A stretch of DNA of 32,000 nucleotides from Candidatus Iainarchaeum sp. (GTDB taxonomy: Archaea > Iainarchaeota > Iainarchaeia > Iainarchaeales > JACQJH01). Positions 29,201 to 32,000 of the stretch are shown here, piece after piece. The notes below the pieces were generated by a model. It was not told the origin of the DNA. It did not search any database and saw only the letters and a list, made by a program, of their open reading frames with translations. The number at the start of each line of letters is the position of its first letter. Positions within the stretch are counted from its first letter, which is position 1. The position numbers and the translations under genes are program-made. The stretch spans positions 150,001-182,000 of the forward strand of contig JACQJH010000001.1 of assembly GCA_016205145.1 (NCBI GenBank). Direction: 5' to 3'.

Positions 29201-32000
29201 GTCCCTTTCGCTGTTTGCAACGTTTTCCCACACGCAGCCGTCCGCTTTCACGTGCACGACTTCCTGGTAGGCCGAGTTCACAACCGTTGTCTTGTCCTGC
29301 AGGCTTGGGAAAACCTTGAAGTCATATCTCAGCAGTTCGAAATAGTCTTTGCCTCCGAACGGCTCGCTTGCTTTCGGCCTGTCCGGCGGGCTCGTTACAA
29401 GCACGTCGTCCTTGCGCAGTTTTCTCGGAGCGTTTCCTGCAAGGTTGCCGTAAACGTTTATGCCGTAAATGCCTGAAATGTCGGAATTGTTTGTCACTTT
29501 GATTGTTTTGGATTTCTGGCTTGGCGTCAAAAGGAAATCCTCTTCGTCAAGCGACAACCCCCCTTCCGTTCCCCCCGCGCAGTGGCTGTCGTTATAGCAG
29601 AGTTTTATGCGCACGTCCTTGTTGAGCGAAGGGCATTTTTCCGTTGAAATTGAAAGTTCGCCTTCAGGGTCGAAGAAAACCGTGTCGGGGTTGTCCTGCA
29701 GTTCAAGTTTTCCGTCTTCAGGCGTGTAGGCTATGCACGTTGAAAGGTCTATTATGCTGATTGTGCCTTCAACGTCCCTCACTCCCTGCACTTCGTCGAA
29801 TCCTGATTGTTTTTTCAGCAGGCCTTTCACTTCAATCTTTACCGCAGTCGTCTCGTTTTGCGCGCCGGGCTTGGCTGTAAAGACAAAGCTTGCAACCAGG
29901 CTTTCCCCGGAATTGATTTTCGCCTGCACGTCAACCGGCACATCAGGCGTCAGGGCGTATGTGCCGATCGGCGTGCCGTCGATTGTTTTGAGTGAAACCG
30001 AAACGTCGCCCTGGTATGGCGCGGGGTGGTAAGTAAACTGCAGTCCGTCAAGCGCTATCGGCGCGCCTTCAAACTGGCAGTTGTTTGAAATGTTTGAAAT
30101 GTGCGGCCCGGTTTTTCCGGCATCGGTTGAATCGTTCCATTCGAAGTTGTCGACTGAAACGCATTTGTCGGCAGGAGTTTCCCCGAAGCCGATTGCAACG
30201 TTCAATGGAATGAACACGTCATAGGTTTTTGCGAACGCCTGGTTCTGGAACGTGAGCCAGACCCACCCGTCAAGGCTTTCCTGCCTGTCGACAATGCCGG
30301 CTGAAACGAGCTGTGTCTTGATTATGTCCGCGAGCTCTTTTGCCTGCAAGGGCTTTATTTCCAGGCCGTTAGTTTTTGTCTGCAGGAACGAAAGCATTGC
30401 AGTATAATCCAGTACTCCGAAAAACCTTGAGCTTTTTTCCTTGTAGTCCGATTTCGTCAGCTTCAGTGTTTCGCCGATGTGGCTTGTCGCAGTGAGAATC
30501 GTGGAAATAGTTTCGTTGGTTTTTGCCCGCGTGTCAAGCCTTGACTGCAGTTTTTCCGGTTCGAATGAAAGTATCTGGCCTGAAACAGTCAGAGCGAGCG
30601 GCTTGTCGAGCCAGTAGCCGATTTTTTCGGCTCCGAAAACAATTTGCGTCAATGGCGAGCTTGCCGGAACATGCACAATAACTTCGCCGTTGTCGCTGCT
30701 CATGCAGTTGTTCCCTGAAACGCATGCGAGCCAGCTTTCGCTTGCATCGGCAAGAATTTTTTTTGCCTTGACAAGCACGCCGGAAAGCGGTTTTCCCGAA
30801 CTGTCTTTGACTGTCACAAGAATGTCTTTCTGTTCGAATGCGTTGACCGCCGAGGGTTCGACTGCCAACGCCATGTCTTCCTTGCTTGCCGTCTTGAATT
30901 CTATTTTTTTCCTGTAAACCGTCTGTCCGCCTGAAACAATGCGCGCTTCAAGGCCTGAGCTTTCAAGCTTTTTGCCTTCAATCCACAGCTTTGCGAGAAC
31001 GCTTTTGCCCTTTGAAAAGCCGCCAAGCGGAATTGCCGGCGACTTGAATGCGTTGAAATTGGCGTTCGCGTTTTCATGCGAGTCCGCGTCAAGCAGCGAG
31101 TATTTGCGGATGAGAATGCTTTCGTTGTCCGCACCATGCGAATCGACGCTTGCAATTATGAGCTGTATGCCGTTGAATTGCGCGTCGGAATTGTTTTTGA
31201 TTACAAAGTTCAGTAGGTATGGGCCGAAGACCGTCAGAGCGTACGGCTTGTCGTCGAGGAAAAGGTTTGACTGCTCGTCCAAAACATCCTCGCCTGCATA
31301 GCAGAAGTCCTGGCCGCATGTTACGGGCACGCCTTCCAGGAATTCGTTGATTTCAAACGTCTGCGCGAACAATTCCTTTTTCGCCGCGGTTTCACGCGCG
31401 CTTCCCAACCCGGCATCGGCCGGCATCCTGCTGTAAGTGTCTCCGCTGGCGGTCCAGGCCCGGTAGTGCATTGGCAATGGTGTCATCGGCGCAGTGCTTT
31501 TCTTCACCACGACCTCGAACGCCGCGTAAACCACTTCCGGTTCGGTTGTTGAAAATTTCGCATCCGCCCACTTGCCGACGCTTGCAGAGCTTTCAAGCAG
31601 GTTTTCAGCGTCGCTTCCAAGCGGCGGATTGAATGCGGAACCTTTCTCTATCTTGGCATTGCCGGCATCTATTTCGCCGATGTAAAGCGCGTCCCCTGAA
31701 ACAGTGTTCGTGTCGCCGGTCCTGAAATGTATGCCTGCCTGCTGGACAGCTGAGGGCAGTTTGAATTTGAAGAGTGCGAGATATCGTTTTCCTGATTCCA
31801 TTGCCTGGGCTTCGGAATAGTTTTCAAGCATTCCTTCGAACGAAACGCTTGGCTGGGAAATGCTGCCTTGCAATGGCAGTTCGGCCTTGAATTCCGCGAG
31901 AGTGTCGGGCCACAGCATTTTCGGGATTGTCTGTGCCTTCACGTGGTTGGGCGAGGTTATGACTGCAAACACTTTTCTTCCGGCCCTGATTTTCTGGGAA
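26258..32000 (-). CDS. Giant Cys-rich putative surface protein (more than 1913 aa; N-terminus outside window)
   Basis: Single uninterrupted frame from TAA 26258-26260 to the window edge; codons stay open beyond the ORF-track GTG at 31972. Many spaced Cys pairs and beta-rich segments, including a prealbumin/CarboxypepD_reg-like stretch (ILVTVKDSSGKPLSGVLVKA...SDNGEVIVHVP). Central hydrophobic hairpin at about 28870-29180. No catalytic motif recognised. Confidence 0.85.
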   Translation of the reverse strand, partial: SQKIRAGRKVFAVITSPNHVKAQTIPKMLWPDTLAEFKAELPLQGSISQPSVSFEGMLENYSEAQAMESGKRYLALFKFKLPSAVQQAGIHFRTGDTNTVSGDALYIGEIDAGNAKIEKGSAFNPPLGSDAENLLESSASVGKWADAKFSTTEPEVVYAAFEVVVKKSTAPMTPLPMHYRAWTASGDTYSRMPADAGLGSARETAAKKELFAQTFEINEFLEGVPVTCGQDFCYAGEDVLDEQSNLFLDDKPYALTVFGPYLLNFVIKNNSDAQFNGIQLIIASVDSHGADNESILIRKYSLLDADSHENANANFNAFKSPAIPLGGFSKGKSVLAKLWIEGKKLESSGLEARIVSGGQTVYRKKIEFKTASKEDMALAVEPSAVNAFEQKDILVTVKDSSGKPLSGVLVKAKKILADASESWLACVSGNNCMSSDNGEVIVHVPASSPLTQIVFGAEKIGYWLDKPLALTVSGQILSFEPEKLQSRLDTRAKTNETISTILTATSHIGETLKLTKSDYKEKSSRFFGVLDYTAMLSFLQTKTNGLEIKPLQAKELADIIKTQLVSAGIVDRQESLDGWVWLTFQNQAFAKTYDVFIPLNVAIGFGETPADKCVSVDNFEWNDSTDAGKTGPHISNISNNCQFEGAPIALDGLQFTYHPAPYQGDVSVSLKTIDGTPIGTYALTPDVPVDVQAKINSGESLVASFVFTAKPGAQNETTAVKIEVKGLLKKQSGFDEVQGVRDVEGTISIIDLSTCIAYTPEDGKLELQDNPDTVFFDPEGELSISTEKCPSLNKDVRIKLCYNDSHCAGGTEGGLSLDEEDFLLTPSQKSKTIKVTNNSDISGIYGINVYGNLAGNAPRKLRKDDVLVTSPPDRPKASEPFGGKDYFELLRYDFKVFPSLQDKTTVVNSAYQEVVHVKADGCVWENVANSERDNVKQYIKTATLMYVAYSTYKFLNAALPMLGSLVKIATLSAKVASIRGEIDAIGGTGQEASGDLYGKLEQTQAKLHSAQGQLSQLGNLAASFGISLVASWITNMVVNWLADQMYSCHDVSAVNPMNDYVLNISGMTVVTKDGNKMVPPDSTDDQLKVSGLDGKIRPKWNLEEGRGGDVEMQEIVFSNDGYQADTPKFAILEVGATEHINGDALHDSSKGRTGSGDQSYDVICSSGTVDQFNIGNGPDEGACSGTSERHYSQKFHIRVQTKEVQEWEPIRADVASAACEGRGVTGEKALPKINLNWKWSTDGTNNINAWSCDADNPDGIYCDATQFSIALTQRMQFLRDFLNANPSFACPTDPEYALKKAYAEQNTSNGNQSESQSGKVYFKKILLEKDAANENHFTFKVQVENLSDADRTAKVVLSANGLPQNSFTKSLAGQESSIARGTTKEFVFDAGELPKNIDPYSVVAGFDSAFIQGLSGTEAQKYATKAISVIFWNIARENASQCWLNNTTFDIAPGVTGLEAFYDRELPFFGQLVSQDQGEPHWTKDVPDKETLHRILRPRVNLIRDGYSDDFQKDFAQFYSNKTFYNTPSYFDSDATGRFADYFNDTSKLDFRYTPDSDVLPDAGVYDAELRVVFGNDWKFFGSDGKPKAQATVKFSYADYPNPASMFYYLPFDGQIGIGTDNGRQGYGLNYLNQGAPVKISTEAGQNIVEAKPVENSNALQTLATKIETDAAKINGAADTRGALLSIARQGTGNEKLLTFSPNYATPVVMKMNVAGQKNDRFSAYYQLFENDSPKVVGSVLGYWSGLSACRDFTGDYSTNAFRLRPDRRGQTADPVSGAQNAYAIDWLNAVKTGDVFLKTILYAPAQSNFVLKSLSPAEGKLSFNTMDGEHSTSVHLGGLGRMQKNSKSNNDTVSELNDVFGLVKDGQVCLTDSGDKSVFFWNPLTVYSKQGSGGTSLDDFEATLVAGQTCIG

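Overview
Archaeal window, about 50% GC. The assignment rests on eL/eS-type ribosomal proteins, RpoD/RpoN, aSUI1, the RNase P protein Rpp29 and an intron-containing tRNA-Leu. A small-genome, DPANN-like lineage is my inference only.

About 21 kb (4.5-25.5 kb) is one minus-strand ribosomal-protein superoperon: L3-L4-L23-L2-S19-L22-S3-L29-SUI1-Rpp29-S17-L14-L24-S4e-L5-S14-S8-L6-L32e-L19e-L18-S5-L30-L15-SecY-DUF106-L34e-L14e-S13-S4-S11-RpoD-tRNALeu-L18e-L13-S9-RpoN-S2. Genes are packed with ATGA/TGATG overlaps and Shine-Dalgarno-like GGAGG/AGGTGA/GTGAT motifs. I trimmed several ORF-track starts (TTG/GTG read-throughs) to the SD-preceded ATG.

- **Right flank:** a RelE/ParE toxin-antitoxin pair, then a giant Cys-rich protein (more than 1913 aa, runs off the window) with a central hydrophobic hairpin.
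- **Left flank:** a glycosyltransferase fragment, a hexapeptide acetyltransferase, a 1.1-kb non-coding stretch, a DUF4430 lipoprotein overlapping an ECF-S-component-like membrane protein, a CDF-type cation transporter and a TRAM protein with a poly-acidic tail.
- **Most unusual signal:** four of the few long spacers inside the otherwise gapless operon hold two families of small (about 70-125 nt) hairpin-bearing inserts. Three of the four inserts are flanked by 20-35-nt duplications of the gene junction they split. One family also shows compensatory base-pair changes in a hairpin with a conserved loop.

All product calls come from reading the translations. No database search was run.
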